Assembly (NCBI GenBank): GCA_017506735.1
Contig: JAFVMW010000005.1
Coordinates: 19,815 to 83,814 of the forward strand
Reading direction: 5' to 3'
DNA length: 64,000 nt
From: Oscillospiraceae bacterium
Lineage (GTDB): Bacteria; Bacillota; Clostridia; Oscillospirales; Oscillospiraceae
Below, one piece after another: positions 44,051 to 52,860 of the stretch (the first letter of the stretch is position 1; every line of letters begins with the position of its first letter). Made by a program: the position numbers and the translations under genes. The notes below the pieces were generated by a model. That model saw only the letters and a list, made by a program, of their open reading frames with translations. It searched no databases and had not been told where the DNA came from.

Positions 44051-44449
44051 ATGGCATCGAGAGCATATCGGCCCTGCGCCCATCCTGGGTGCCGGGTGCT
44101 GGTGCGGCAGGGCTACTGCGATAAGCACCGGCCTGCTGATCGGGGCAGGCGCAGCGCAGAGGCGGCGGCCTGGCATCGCTGGTACAGCTTGCCCATCTGG
44201 ACGGATGATCTCCGCCCGAACCAGCTCCTGCGGGAGCCCTTCTGCCGGGAGTGCGCAGCCCGGGCCAGACGGGAGAACCGGCCGGAGCTGCTAAGGGTCA
44301 AGGCCACCGACGTTGACCACATCAGGCCGCACCGTGGCGACTGGCTTCTGTTCATCGACCGAACCAACCACCAGAGCCTGTGCCATTCCTGCCACAGCCG
44401 CAAAACCATGGCGGAAATGGCCCAAAACCGACAGGCAAAATCCGGCTGA
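44051..44449 (+). CDS. HNH endonuclease (packaging-associated)
   Basis: EPFCREC, DVDHIRPHRGD, NHQSLCHSCHSRKT. Confidence 0.92.
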   Translation: MASRAYRPCAHPGCRVLVRQGYCDKHRPADRGRRSAEAAAWHRWYSLPIWTDDLRPNQLLREPFCRECAARARRENRPELLRVKATDVDHIRPHRGDWLLFIDRTNHQSLCHSCHSRKTMAEMAQNRQAKSG

Positions 44450-44516
44450 GCCTTCGCCTGCGTGGGCGTGTCGCTCCTGTGGGCGCGTGCGTACACGGGC
44501 GCGGAGCTTCGCTCTG

Positions 44517-44612
44517 ACCCTCCCCCCACCCAAAAAAAGTTTTTCGGGGTGGGATGCCAGCCGCGGCACGGCTCGTCCGTGCGAAAATTTCCCCGATCCC
44601 CAAAATTTCGCC
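44517..44612. other. Probable cos region
   Basis: Non-coding C-run, AAAAAAAGTTTTT and AAAATTT repeats between HNH and small terminase, the usual cos position in HK97-like phages. Confidence 0.45.
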
Positions 44613-44637
44613 CCTCGGGGCAGGAAGGAGACCCAGA

Positions 44638-45108
44638 ATGCCCACACCGGCAAAACCCCTCAGCGAGATGGATAAGCATCTCACCGCCGAAGAACGGCAG
44701 GCCCGGGAGACCGCCGAGCAGAGTGTCCGGCCCGTCCGGGATGTAGTCACTCTGACACGCCCCAGCTGGCTCACCGGCAAGGGGAAGAAATACTGGGACT
44801 CCATCCTGGCCCGGATGAAGGGCACCTCGATCCTGGATGACCTGGACGTGGAGTACCTGGCCATCTACTGCTCCCAGCTGGCGGAGCGGGAAGCCCTCCA
44901 GCGTGATCTGGTTGCCGCCCGGAAGGCGGAGGAACCGGACCCGGATCTGATCCGGAGTCTGAACAAGCAGATCAATGACAAGGATTCCAGAATTGACAAG
45001 TCTGCCGCTGAGCTTGGATGCACACCGTCTGGCCGGGTGCGTCTGGCGCAGAAACGGGCGACGGCAAGTGCCGAGCCCGACCCCAACGGTGACCTCTTTG
45101 GGGACTAA
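44638..45108 (+). CDS. Terminase small subunit (P27 family)
   Basis: HLTAEE, PSWL, ILDDLD...LAIYC, ELGCTPSGR. Confidence 0.88.
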   Translation: MPTPAKPLSEMDKHLTAEERQARETAEQSVRPVRDVVTLTRPSWLTGKGKKYWDSILARMKGTSILDDLDVEYLAIYCSQLAEREALQRDLVAARKAEEPDPDLIRSLNKQINDKDSRIDKSAAELGCTPSGRVRLAQKRATASAEPDPNGDLFGD

Positions 45109-46894
45109 TCCCACCGGGCAGCATCACCCCGTTGCGGTGTATGCCAAGCAGGTGGTCTCCGGGCGGCTCCACGATCTGTGCTGCCCCTATGAGATCAAGG
45201 CCTGCCAGCGACATCTTGACGACCTCAAGCGTCAGGGAACGCCAGAGTTTCCCTACGTTTTCGATACAACCCGGGCCGACCGGATCACCCGGTTTATGGA
45301 GCTGCTGGTGCAGGTCCGTGGCCCCTTCTCCGGGCAGCGAATCCAGCTCCAGCCCTGGCAGGTGTTTGATTTAGGCTGCCTGTACGGCTGGGTGGAAATG
45401 GAGTCCGGTGCCCGGCGGTTTACCACCTCCCTCAATGTCCGTGGGCGCGGAAATGTGAAATCCACGGAGAACTCCGGCAAGGGCCTGTATGCCATGAATG
45501 CCGACGCCTGTTACCCTCCCTATCAGCCTGAGCTGGCGCGATATGAGCTGAACCCGGAGGTGGAATGCGCGGCGGTGGATAAGGCACAGGCCCGGCGTGT
45601 TGCGGAGGATGCCCGAAAGATCGCCAGGGCCACACCGGACATCCGAAAGCGGATGAATATCCCGAAGGCCGGACCCATGAGCAGCAAAAAGTGGGGCGGA
45701 GAATTCCGAACCCTGTCCTCGGACACGAAAAACAAGGACGGCGGCGCACCCTGCTATTTTTGCGTGGATGAGTACGAGGCCCATCCCGATTCTGAAATCT
45801 ACGAGCTGGGCCAGAACTCCGGCGGCAAGCGGCTTCAGTTCCTGCTGGACTGCATTATGACCGCAGGCGATGATGCGGACAACCGGCCTGCCAAGGCGGA
45901 GGAGGACTACGCCAAGCAGATCCTGGACGGGGACGCAATCAATGAGAATTATTTCGTGATGATTCGGGAGGTGCCCGAGGGTATCGACCCCCATGATCAG
46001 AGTAAGTGGTGCTGGGCCAACCCGGTACTCCGGTATCCCAACGAGTACAGCGAGATCCTGCTGAAGAAAATCAAATCGGAGTATGTTACAGCATATGGCT
46101 CCGCGGATGCAAAAAAAATCCGGAAGTTTCTGACCCGACGGCTCTGCCGCTGGGTGACGGCAGCCCAGAACAGCTACCTCGACGAGGTGCAGCTGGGCAT
46201 GGTCCGGGATTGCATGGTGACCCGGGCAGAATTTGCCCAGCTCACCGACGGCCTGGACTGCTGGCCCGGCTTCGATCTGGGCAAGCGCATCGACCTGTCC
46301 GGCGTTGCGGCGGTGTTCCTGCTGCCGGATGGCCGGGTGGCCGTCAAAATGCACGGCTTTATGCCCCAGATGGGTGTGACCCGGCATGAGCACACCGACA
46401 AGGTGCCCTACCGTGACTGGATCAGCCGGCACTTTGTGACGGAGACCGAGGGCGAAGTCACTGACAACCGGTGGGTCAAGGATTGGATCTATGCCAACCG
46501 GGACACCCACGGGTGGATCATCCGGGAGGTCTGCTACGACGGACACAACGCCGTAGATCTGGCCATCCAGATGTGCGAGGACAACGCAAGGGAGGACTAT
46601 TGTGTGGAGATCCGGCAGACCTGTGCCGGGCAGAATCTGGCGGTAAAGACATTCCGGGAACTGCTGCTCCAGGGCAAGCTGGTGATTGAGTATAGCCCCC
46701 TTGCCATGTGGTGCCTGAAAAACGCCATTGAAATTACCAACAATTACGGCGACAGCAAGCTGAGCAAAAAACACAAGGATGACTCCCAGCGCATCGACCC
46801 GGTGGCCGCAGCGATGAACGCCCTGGCCCGTGCCCTGGTGTTCCGGGAAACCCGTGACCTTGCCGCTGCTGTGGATGAGAATTATGAGATGTGA
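45098..46894 (+). CDS. Terminase large subunit (start uncertain)
   Basis: LQPWQ, GRGNVKS Walker A, CVDE Walker B, WANP, GFDLG, RIDPVAA. Confidence 0.93.
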   Translation: MGTNPTGQHHPVAVYAKQVVSGRLHDLCCPYEIKACQRHLDDLKRQGTPEFPYVFDTTRADRITRFMELLVQVRGPFSGQRIQLQPWQVFDLGCLYGWVEMESGARRFTTSLNVRGRGNVKSTENSGKGLYAMNADACYPPYQPELARYELNPEVECAAVDKAQARRVAEDARKIARATPDIRKRMNIPKAGPMSSKKWGGEFRTLSSDTKNKDGGAPCYFCVDEYEAHPDSEIYELGQNSGGKRLQFLLDCIMTAGDDADNRPAKAEEDYAKQILDGDAINENYFVMIREVPEGIDPHDQSKWCWANPVLRYPNEYSEILLKKIKSEYVTAYGSADAKKIRKFLTRRLCRWVTAAQNSYLDEVQLGMVRDCMVTRAEFAQLTDGLDCWPGFDLGKRIDLSGVAAVFLLPDGRVAVKMHGFMPQMGVTRHEHTDKVPYRDWISRHFVTETEGEVTDNRWVKDWIYANRDTHGWIIREVCYDGHNAVDLAIQMCEDNAREDYCVEIRQTCAGQNLAVKTFRELLLQGKLVIEYSPLAMWCLKNAIEITNNYGDSKLSKKHKDDSQRIDPVAAAMNALARALVFRETRDLAAAVDENYEM

Positions 46895-46903
46895 GGTATG
46901 GCC

Positions 46904-47068
46904 ATGAAAAACAAGATCCGGGAAGCCATCTCCGACGGGCTGGGTGTCGTCGGTGCCGGGCTTCTGGTTTATGCGACAGCCCGGGTGGCCCCCGATCTGG
47001 GGTGGTTCGCCGCCGGGGCCGTCTGTATCATTTACGGCGCTTTGATCGCCAGAGGAGGAAATGAATGA
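46904..47068 (+). CDS. Small two-TM membrane protein
   Basis: Between terL and portal, GAGG RBS; not in ORF track. Confidence 0.65.
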   Translation: MKNKIREAISDGLGVVGAGLLVYATARVAPDLGWFAAGAVCIIYGALIARGGNE

Positions 47069-48333
47069 TTTTTCCCAAGAAGAAAACCGCCGTGCCCAGT
47101 ACGGCCCGGTCTCCCGATCTGCTGTACCTGGACAGCTCCAAGGGCTGGGAGATCTCCGGCAGCAGCGAGTCCGCCGCCCTCCGGGTGTCGGCCTTTTACC
47201 GGGCCCTATCCTTCCGGGCAGAGACCATGTCCGTCATGCCCTTTTACATCATGGACCGGGAGACCAAGGAACGGATCCGGGAACACCGGCTGACGGAGCT
47301 GCTGACCCTCCGGGCCAATGAGGCCATGAGTCCGTCGGAGTACCGGTCTCTGATGCAGCTGATGGCGGATCTCCGGGGCAATGCCTACGCCTATATCAGC
47401 CGGAATCCTCGGACGGGGTACATCGACGAGGTGATCCCTCTGACGCCGGAACTGGTGAAACCCACGCTGGACAGTGAGCGGAATCTCCACTATCTGTACG
47501 CGGATCCCAAAAGCGGCAAGGGCTACGACCTGATGCCCTCCCAGGTGATCCATTACAAGGGCTTCACTACCAACGGCATCGAGGGCAAATCCCTGGCTCA
47601 CTACGCCCGGGAAGCCCTGGCAAAGGATCGGGAGGCCAAAGCCTACGAACGGGCCATCTACCGCAACGGCGGCAGACCCTCCGGCGTACTGGAGACGCAG
47701 GCCGACCTGGGCGGCAAAACCACGGTCAAGGATGCGGACGGCAAGGAGATCGAGATCTCCAAAAAAGAAATGATCCGGCGCTCCTGGGAGAAAGTCCACA
47801 ACGGTGGCGACAATGCATTCCGGGTGGCTGTGTTGGATCACGGTCTGACCTACCACCCCATCGCCATGAATAACTCCGACGCCCAGTTTGTGGAGAGCAA
47901 CGACATCACCATCGCTGACATCGCTCGGTTTACCGGCGTGCCCCTCCATGTACTGATGGCCGGCAAGCAGAGCTATGAGAGCAACCTGCAGAACCGGGTG
48001 GAGTTTATCCAGACCACGGCCCTGGCTCTGGTGACCCGGTGCGAGGATGAGGACAGCTACAAGCTGCTGTCCGGCGATGATCGGGGACTGCTCCGGATCC
48101 GACGGAACATGGATGCAGCCCTCCGGGGAGACACGGAGAGCCGCGCCAGCTTCTACCGCACTATGCGGGAGATCGGCGCCTACTCTGTGGACGATATCAT
48201 GGCGCTGGAGGATCGGCCCAAGGTTCCCGGCGGCCATACCCGTCAGGCCAGCCTGAACTATGTGCCGCTGGAACTGTTTTACGAGCTGTCCCGGAACAGA
48301 AATGGAGGAAGCAATGCAGATACAGGTGAATAA
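47065..48333 (+). CDS. Portal protein, HK97 family
   Basis: GNAYA, VIHYKG, NGGRPSGVL, DAQFVE, IARFTGVP. Confidence 0.93.
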   Translation: MIFPKKKTAVPSTARSPDLLYLDSSKGWEISGSSESAALRVSAFYRALSFRAETMSVMPFYIMDRETKERIREHRLTELLTLRANEAMSPSEYRSLMQLMADLRGNAYAYISRNPRTGYIDEVIPLTPELVKPTLDSERNLHYLYADPKSGKGYDLMPSQVIHYKGFTTNGIEGKSLAHYAREALAKDREAKAYERAIYRNGGRPSGVLETQADLGGKTTVKDADGKEIEISKKEMIRRSWEKVHNGGDNAFRVAVLDHGLTYHPIAMNNSDAQFVESNDITIADIARFTGVPLHVLMAGKQSYESNLQNRVEFIQTTALALVTRCEDEDSYKLLSGDDRGLLRIRRNMDAALRGDTESRASFYRTMREIGAYSVDDIMALEDRPKVPGGHTRQASLNYVPLELFYELSRNRNGGSNADTGE

Positions 48334-48973
48334 AGCCTCGACCGTTTCCGGGGCGACTCCTACTGAAACGGATATGCAGCACATCAACCGGCTTACCCTC
48401 CGGGAGCTGACAACTGAGGATGTCTACACCTTCCGGTGCGTTGCCTGCAACGATCTGGTGGACCGGGACTTTGAGAGGTTCCCGGCGGAAACGCTGGCGA
48501 AGCTGGCCCCCATGTTTGTGGGCCGGACGGTGATCCTGGATCACTGCTGGACTGCCAAGGGCCAGACGGCCCGGATCTACCGCTCCGAGGTAGTCCGGCA
48601 GGAGGATGGTCATCACGATCTGCTGGTGGCCTGTTATATGCTGCGTAATGACTCCACAGCAGATGCCATTGCCGCCATCGAGGGCGGCATCCTGAAGGAA
48701 ACCAGCGTGGGCTGCGCTGTCTCCCGGGCGGTGTGCAGCATCTGCGGCGAGGATTACGGTACCTGCGGCCATCAGAAGGGCGCGACCTACAACGGTAAGC
48801 TCTGCACGGTGGATCTGCTGGATCCGGTGGACGCCTACGAGATGTCCTTCGTGGCAGTGCCTGCCCAGCCCGGGGCGGGCGTGATCAAATCCCATGAGAA
48901 AACTGGCTGGACCACTGCGGAACTGTCCGCAGCGAAGGCCCGGCTTGCAATTGAACGCGAAAGGTGGAACTGA
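48314..48973 (+). CDS. Prohead protease, HK97-like
   Basis: DRDFERF, ILDH.W, KETSVG, YEMSFVAVPAQ. Confidence 0.85.
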   Translation: MQIQVNKASTVSGATPTETDMQHINRLTLRELTTEDVYTFRCVACNDLVDRDFERFPAETLAKLAPMFVGRTVILDHCWTAKGQTARIYRSEVVRQEDGHHDLLVACYMLRNDSTADAIAAIEGGILKETSVGCAVSRAVCSICGEDYGTCGHQKGATYNGKLCTVDLLDPVDAYEMSFVAVPAQPGAGVIKSHEKTGWTTAELSAAKARLAIERERWN

Positions 48974-48975
48974 AA

Positions 48976-50238
48976 ATGAAGGAAAACAAGAACAAGCTGC
49001 TCCAGCAGCGCAACGACATCCAGCAGAAGCGTGCTGACCAGCTGGATCTGGCTACCAAGGCCCTCGGCAATGGCGACACCGTCGGCTATGATGCCGCCAT
49101 GGCGCAGGTTAAGACCTACAACACCGATCTGGAACGGATCAACGGTCTGATGTCCGAGTGCGAGAAGGCCTTCACCGGTGAGGATTTCCGTGACTCCGGC
49201 GAGGCCGAAACCCGTGTGAACAAGTCCGGCATTGCTCTGGTCAACAAGATCCGTGGCACCGAGCAGTACATGGAGGCCTTTGCCAAGGCCATGCGTGCCG
49301 GTATTTCTCCCGAGAAGGGCATGGGCATGGAGGGTCTGAAGCCTCTGTACGAGGCCGAAGCTGCCATGAAGGCTCTGACCATCTCCGGCGGCGATCCTGC
49401 CGGTTCCGATGGCGGCTTCCTGGCTCCCATCGACTTTGACAACCAGGTCATCGCTCTGTCCAAGGAGTACGTCGACCTGTCCCCCCTGGTTCATGTGGAA
49501 AACGTCTCCGTCAATTCCGGCTGGCGCGTTGTCGATGCTGCCGGTACCCGTACCCCCCTGAACAAGCTGGACGAGATGGGCACCATTACCAAGGGCCAGC
49601 AGCCCAAGTTTAACCAGATCGTCTACAACTGCTCCAAGTACGGTGACAAGGTGGTTGTCTCCGACGAGCTGATGAGCGACGCTCCTGCTCTGGTCCGCTA
49701 TCTGGCCGGTTGGTGGGCTCCCAAGTACGTCCTGACCAAGAATGCGCTGATCCTGGCCCTGCTGAACAATCTGGAGCTGAAGCCTCTGGGGGATGCCAAC
49801 CAGATGCAGGCTCTGAAGAAGCTGCTGAACACCGGTCTGAATACTGCCCACTCCAGAAACGCCACCATCCTGACCAACTGCTTTGGTTACGATGACATGG
49901 ACAACTGGATGGATACCACCGGCCGTCCCCTGCTGGTACCCGACCCCAAGGGCGGCGACTTTGACCGCTTCAAGGGCCGCAAGGTCACCTACGCCGACAT
50001 CGACCTGATCCCCAATGTGGAAGCCAACGGCCAGGCCTACAGCCCCCTGTATGTGGGCAACCTGAAGGCCTTTGCATGGCTGTTCCTGCGACAGGGCACC
50101 CGTATCAAGTCCACCGACATCGGCGGTGCCGCCTGGGACACCGACTCCTGGGAAGTCCGCTGCACCACCCGTATGGACTGCCAGCAGGTGGACGGCGGCG
50201 CTGTCAAGCGTGCCGGCCTGAAGTACGTGGAGGACTGA
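48976..50238 (+). CDS. Major capsid protein, HK97 family
   Basis: Coiled-coil delta domain, DGGFLAP, VSDELMSD, DTTGRPL; highly biased codons. Confidence 0.93.
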   Translation: MKENKNKLLQQRNDIQQKRADQLDLATKALGNGDTVGYDAAMAQVKTYNTDLERINGLMSECEKAFTGEDFRDSGEAETRVNKSGIALVNKIRGTEQYMEAFAKAMRAGISPEKGMGMEGLKPLYEAEAAMKALTISGGDPAGSDGGFLAPIDFDNQVIALSKEYVDLSPLVHVENVSVNSGWRVVDAAGTRTPLNKLDEMGTITKGQQPKFNQIVYNCSKYGDKVVVSDELMSDAPALVRYLAGWWAPKYVLTKNALILALLNNLELKPLGDANQMQALKKLLNTGLNTAHSRNATILTNCFGYDDMDNWMDTTGRPLLVPDPKGGDFDRFKGRKVTYADIDLIPNVEANGQAYSPLYVGNLKAFAWLFLRQGTRIKSTDIGGAAWDTDSWEVRCTTRMDCQQVDGGAVKRAGLKYVED

Positions 50239-50242
50239 TCCC

Positions 50243-50524
50243 ATGAAGGATGATGCCCTGCGTGAGCTGAAGCTCTATATGCACGTGTACCATGACGACG
50301 ATGATGCTGTCATCAAGCGGACATGGGGCGCGGCTGTGGAATATCTGGAAAGCGCGGGCATCTCTCAGGACGGGACTGACCTTGTCTGGCTGGCTACCGC
50401 CGGGCTGACGCTCCACTGGTATGACAATCCGGGCTTTACCGGCACGGATATTGCCATGCCGGTGGGCGTCAGATCCGCCATCAACCAGCTCAAGCTGACC
50501 CGGGGAGGTGCTGACTATTTCTAG
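50243..50524 (+). CDS. Head-tail connector (gp6-like)
   Basis: LKLYMHV..DDD..I, LHWYDN, SAINQLK. Confidence 0.85.
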   Translation: MKDDALRELKLYMHVYHDDDDAVIKRTWGAAVEYLESAGISQDGTDLVWLATAGLTLHWYDNPGFTGTDIAMPVGVRSAINQLKLTRGGADYF

Positions 50525-50876
50525 GAGCGCATTGGCCGGAGATCTGCGGACGAGGATCCGCATCCTCCGGCCCGAGGATCACCCCACCGCCGGAAACCAC
50601 CGGAACACGGAGTATATCCCCCTGTACGACGATGACCGCATCGTCCGGTGCAGGTGGGTCACCGCCTACGGCACCGAGGCCGTGACGGCCAGCTCGCTGA
50701 AAATCAGGGATCTGGCCACCCTGACCCTCCGGTATGATCCCCGGATCACTGCCGACTGCGTCGTCGAGCGTGTGGATAACGGGGTGCAGTACGAGATCAT
50801 CAGCCAGCCCAACGACGTGGGCGATGCCCACCGGTGGCTGGAGCTGAAAGTGAGAGGCCGGGTGAAAGCCAGATGA
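50508..50876 (+). CDS. Head closure/head-tail adaptor
   Basis: GDLRTRIRI, LRYDPRIT, YEIIS, WLELKV. Confidence 0.8.
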   Translation: MLTISRSALAGDLRTRIRILRPEDHPTAGNHRNTEYIPLYDDDRIVRCRWVTAYGTEAVTASSLKIRDLATLTLRYDPRITADCVVERVDNGVQYEIISQPNDVGDAHRWLELKVRGRVKAR

Positions 50877-51214
50877 CCTATGATGAAAAGCTCTGCCGGG
50901 CGGTGGAAAAGCTGGGCCTGACCATCGAACCGGGCCTTGATACCAGTGCCGGTGGCGAGTATGTAGTCTACAGCTACACCCGAGGCGGCGAGCTGTGGGG
51001 CGACGATGCCCCCTGCATCGAGCACCGGCACTGGACGATGATCTACGTGGCCCCTCTGACCATGGACCGGGCCCAGCTCCGGCTGGAGCTGATCCAGACC
51101 ATTTTCGACCTGTTCGAGGCCTGGCCCTCTGAGGACCCCTATTCCGACGCGGAGGTTCAACGGTGGGTTTATCAGTTCGACACCATTGGAGGGATTGACG
51201 ATGGCGAGGCTTGA
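50873..51214 (+). CDS. Tail completion-type protein
   Basis: Position and acidic composition. Confidence 0.6.
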   Translation: MTYDEKLCRAVEKLGLTIEPGLDTSAGGEYVVYSYTRGGELWGDDAPCIEHRHWTMIYVAPLTMDRAQLRLELIQTIFDLFEAWPSEDPYSDAEVQRWVYQFDTIGGIDDGEA

Positions 51215-51656
51215 GGTGGACGGCTTTGATGCCATCCTTTCCGGCCTGGAGGACATGATCGAGGCTCTCCCGGAGCTTCGGAACGAAATCCTGACAGCAG
51301 AGGCTGATGTGATCGAGCCTGCGGTCCGGGCGGCTGTGAAGAGCAGCGGACTGTATGATACTGGAACACTGTACCGATCCATCGGGAGAAGCACCGTGAA
51401 GGTTTCCGGACGCTCCGGAAAAATCCCGGCCATAAAGATCGGGCCAAGGGGCGAACACCACCGCTATCTCCCTTCCAAAGGCAAAAAGGGCATCGTTACC
51501 GCCGGATATGTGGGCTATATCTACGAATACGGCCTGGAACGCCGGGGCATCCCGGCCCGGAAATGGCTTTCCGGTGCTGTGGAGCAGTCCAAAGGGCCCG
51601 CTTTTTCCGCGGCGGAACGTGTATATGACGAATATCTCAAGAAAAACAACCTTTAA
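51201..51656 (+). CDS. HK97 gp10-like neck protein
   Basis: DTGTLYRSI, EYG, IPARKWL. Confidence 0.85.
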   Translation: MARLEVDGFDAILSGLEDMIEALPELRNEILTAEADVIEPAVRAAVKSSGLYDTGTLYRSIGRSTVKVSGRSGKIPAIKIGPRGEHHRYLPSKGKKGIVTAGYVGYIYEYGLERRGIPARKWLSGAVEQSKGPAFSAAERVYDEYLKKNNL

Positions 51657-51667
51657 GGAGGTATAAA

Positions 51668-52273
51668 ATGGCAACCTACGGCGCAAGAAATTCTTTCTGG
51701 GCCCCCTTTGCGGAGAATGCCCAGGACACCGACAAGACCAAGCTCCCCGTCTACGGCGAACCTAAGGCCTGCGGTCAGCTGAATAAACTGGTCGACTCTC
51801 CCAACTTTGTGGAGGGCTCCCTGCCCGGTGACGACGTGATCGTACTGTATGAAAGGGAGTTCCTGAACGGCACGGTTTCCGTGGAAGATGTTTTTATCCC
51901 CATGGCGGACGCTGCCACCATGCTGGGAGCGGCCTATGACGATGAAAACGGCATGGCCCAGGGCGTGGACGACAAGCCTCCCTACATCGGCCGTGGCCAT
52001 GTGACCCACCATGTGGGCAAGAGCGGCAACTACTGGCAGGCAGTATTCTATCCCAAGCTCAAGGCGAAGCCCTCCGGCAAGGACTACACCACCCGGGCCA
52101 AGGATATCAATTTTGTTACCGACAAGATGGAGTACGACTGGGAGCCTCCTGTCTGCGGCAAGTACAAGGTTACCAAGGACTTTCCCACTGAGGCAGAGGC
52201 AAACGCTTATATCCAGGACCTGTTCAAGGGCACCGCTCAGGTTCCCGGTCTGCCCAAGCCTGCGGCAGGCTGA
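51668..52273 (+). CDS. Major tail protein
   Basis: Strong RBS, position, LPGDD and FYPK motifs; followed by hairpin 52288-52314. Confidence 0.8.
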   Translation: MATYGARNSFWAPFAENAQDTDKTKLPVYGEPKACGQLNKLVDSPNFVEGSLPGDDVIVLYEREFLNGTVSVEDVFIPMADAATMLGAAYDDENGMAQGVDDKPPYIGRGHVTHHVGKSGNYWQAVFYPKLKAKPSGKDYTTRAKDINFVTDKMEYDWEPPVCGKYKVTKDFPTEAEANAYIQDLFKGTAQVPGLPKPAAG

Positions 52274-52325
52274 TCCGCACACAGAGAATCCCTCCGGCGA
52301 CCCCGGAGGGATTTGGAGGAATTAC

Positions 52326-52727
52326 ATGAAAACCACTGAATTTCGTTATTCCGGCAAAACCCTCCACCTGTTTCTGAATGGCCAGGCCATGTTTGATCTG
52401 CAGGCCCTGGACGCAGAAACGCCGGAGGACGCGCCCGACATACTGGATCGGGCCAGGGAACAGACTCCGGCGGGCTTCGATGCCCTGTGCGCTGTGGCCC
52501 ATGTGCTGGCCCAGCAGGGGGAGAACTGCCGCCGGTATCTGAAATACGCCCCCAATCGGGTGCCCGGGGCGGAGGAGCTGCGGCTCCTGCTGTCGCCCAT
52601 GCAGCTGGTGGGCCTGCGGACGGCGGTATTCCAGGCCATCCATAATGGCTACACCGCCCCCACCGCAGACGATGACGACGACATCGACACCGGCCTGCTG
52701 GAGCTCGAAAAAAAAACGGGAGCTTAA
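52326..52727 (+). CDS. Tail assembly chaperone (gpG-like); -1 frameshift product extends to 52864
   Basis: Ends GAA AAA AAA ACG GGA GCT TAA; -1 frame is open to the TGA overlapping the tape measure ATG. Confidence 0.8.
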   Translation: MKTTEFRYSGKTLHLFLNGQAMFDLQALDAETPEDAPDILDRAREQTPAGFDALCAVAHVLAQQGENCRRYLKYAPNRVPGAEELRLLLSPMQLVGLRTAVFQAIHNGYTAPTADDDDDIDTGLLELEKKTGA

Positions 52728-52860
52728 CCCTCGCCGCCTATCTGAATCTGGCCGTACTGGCAGGTTTCCCACCCCGGGACGCTCTGCTCCTGCTGTCGCC
52801 GGGTGATCTGAGGGAGGCAATCACACTGAAGGTACAGTCCCGAGAGAGGAGAGATGCTGA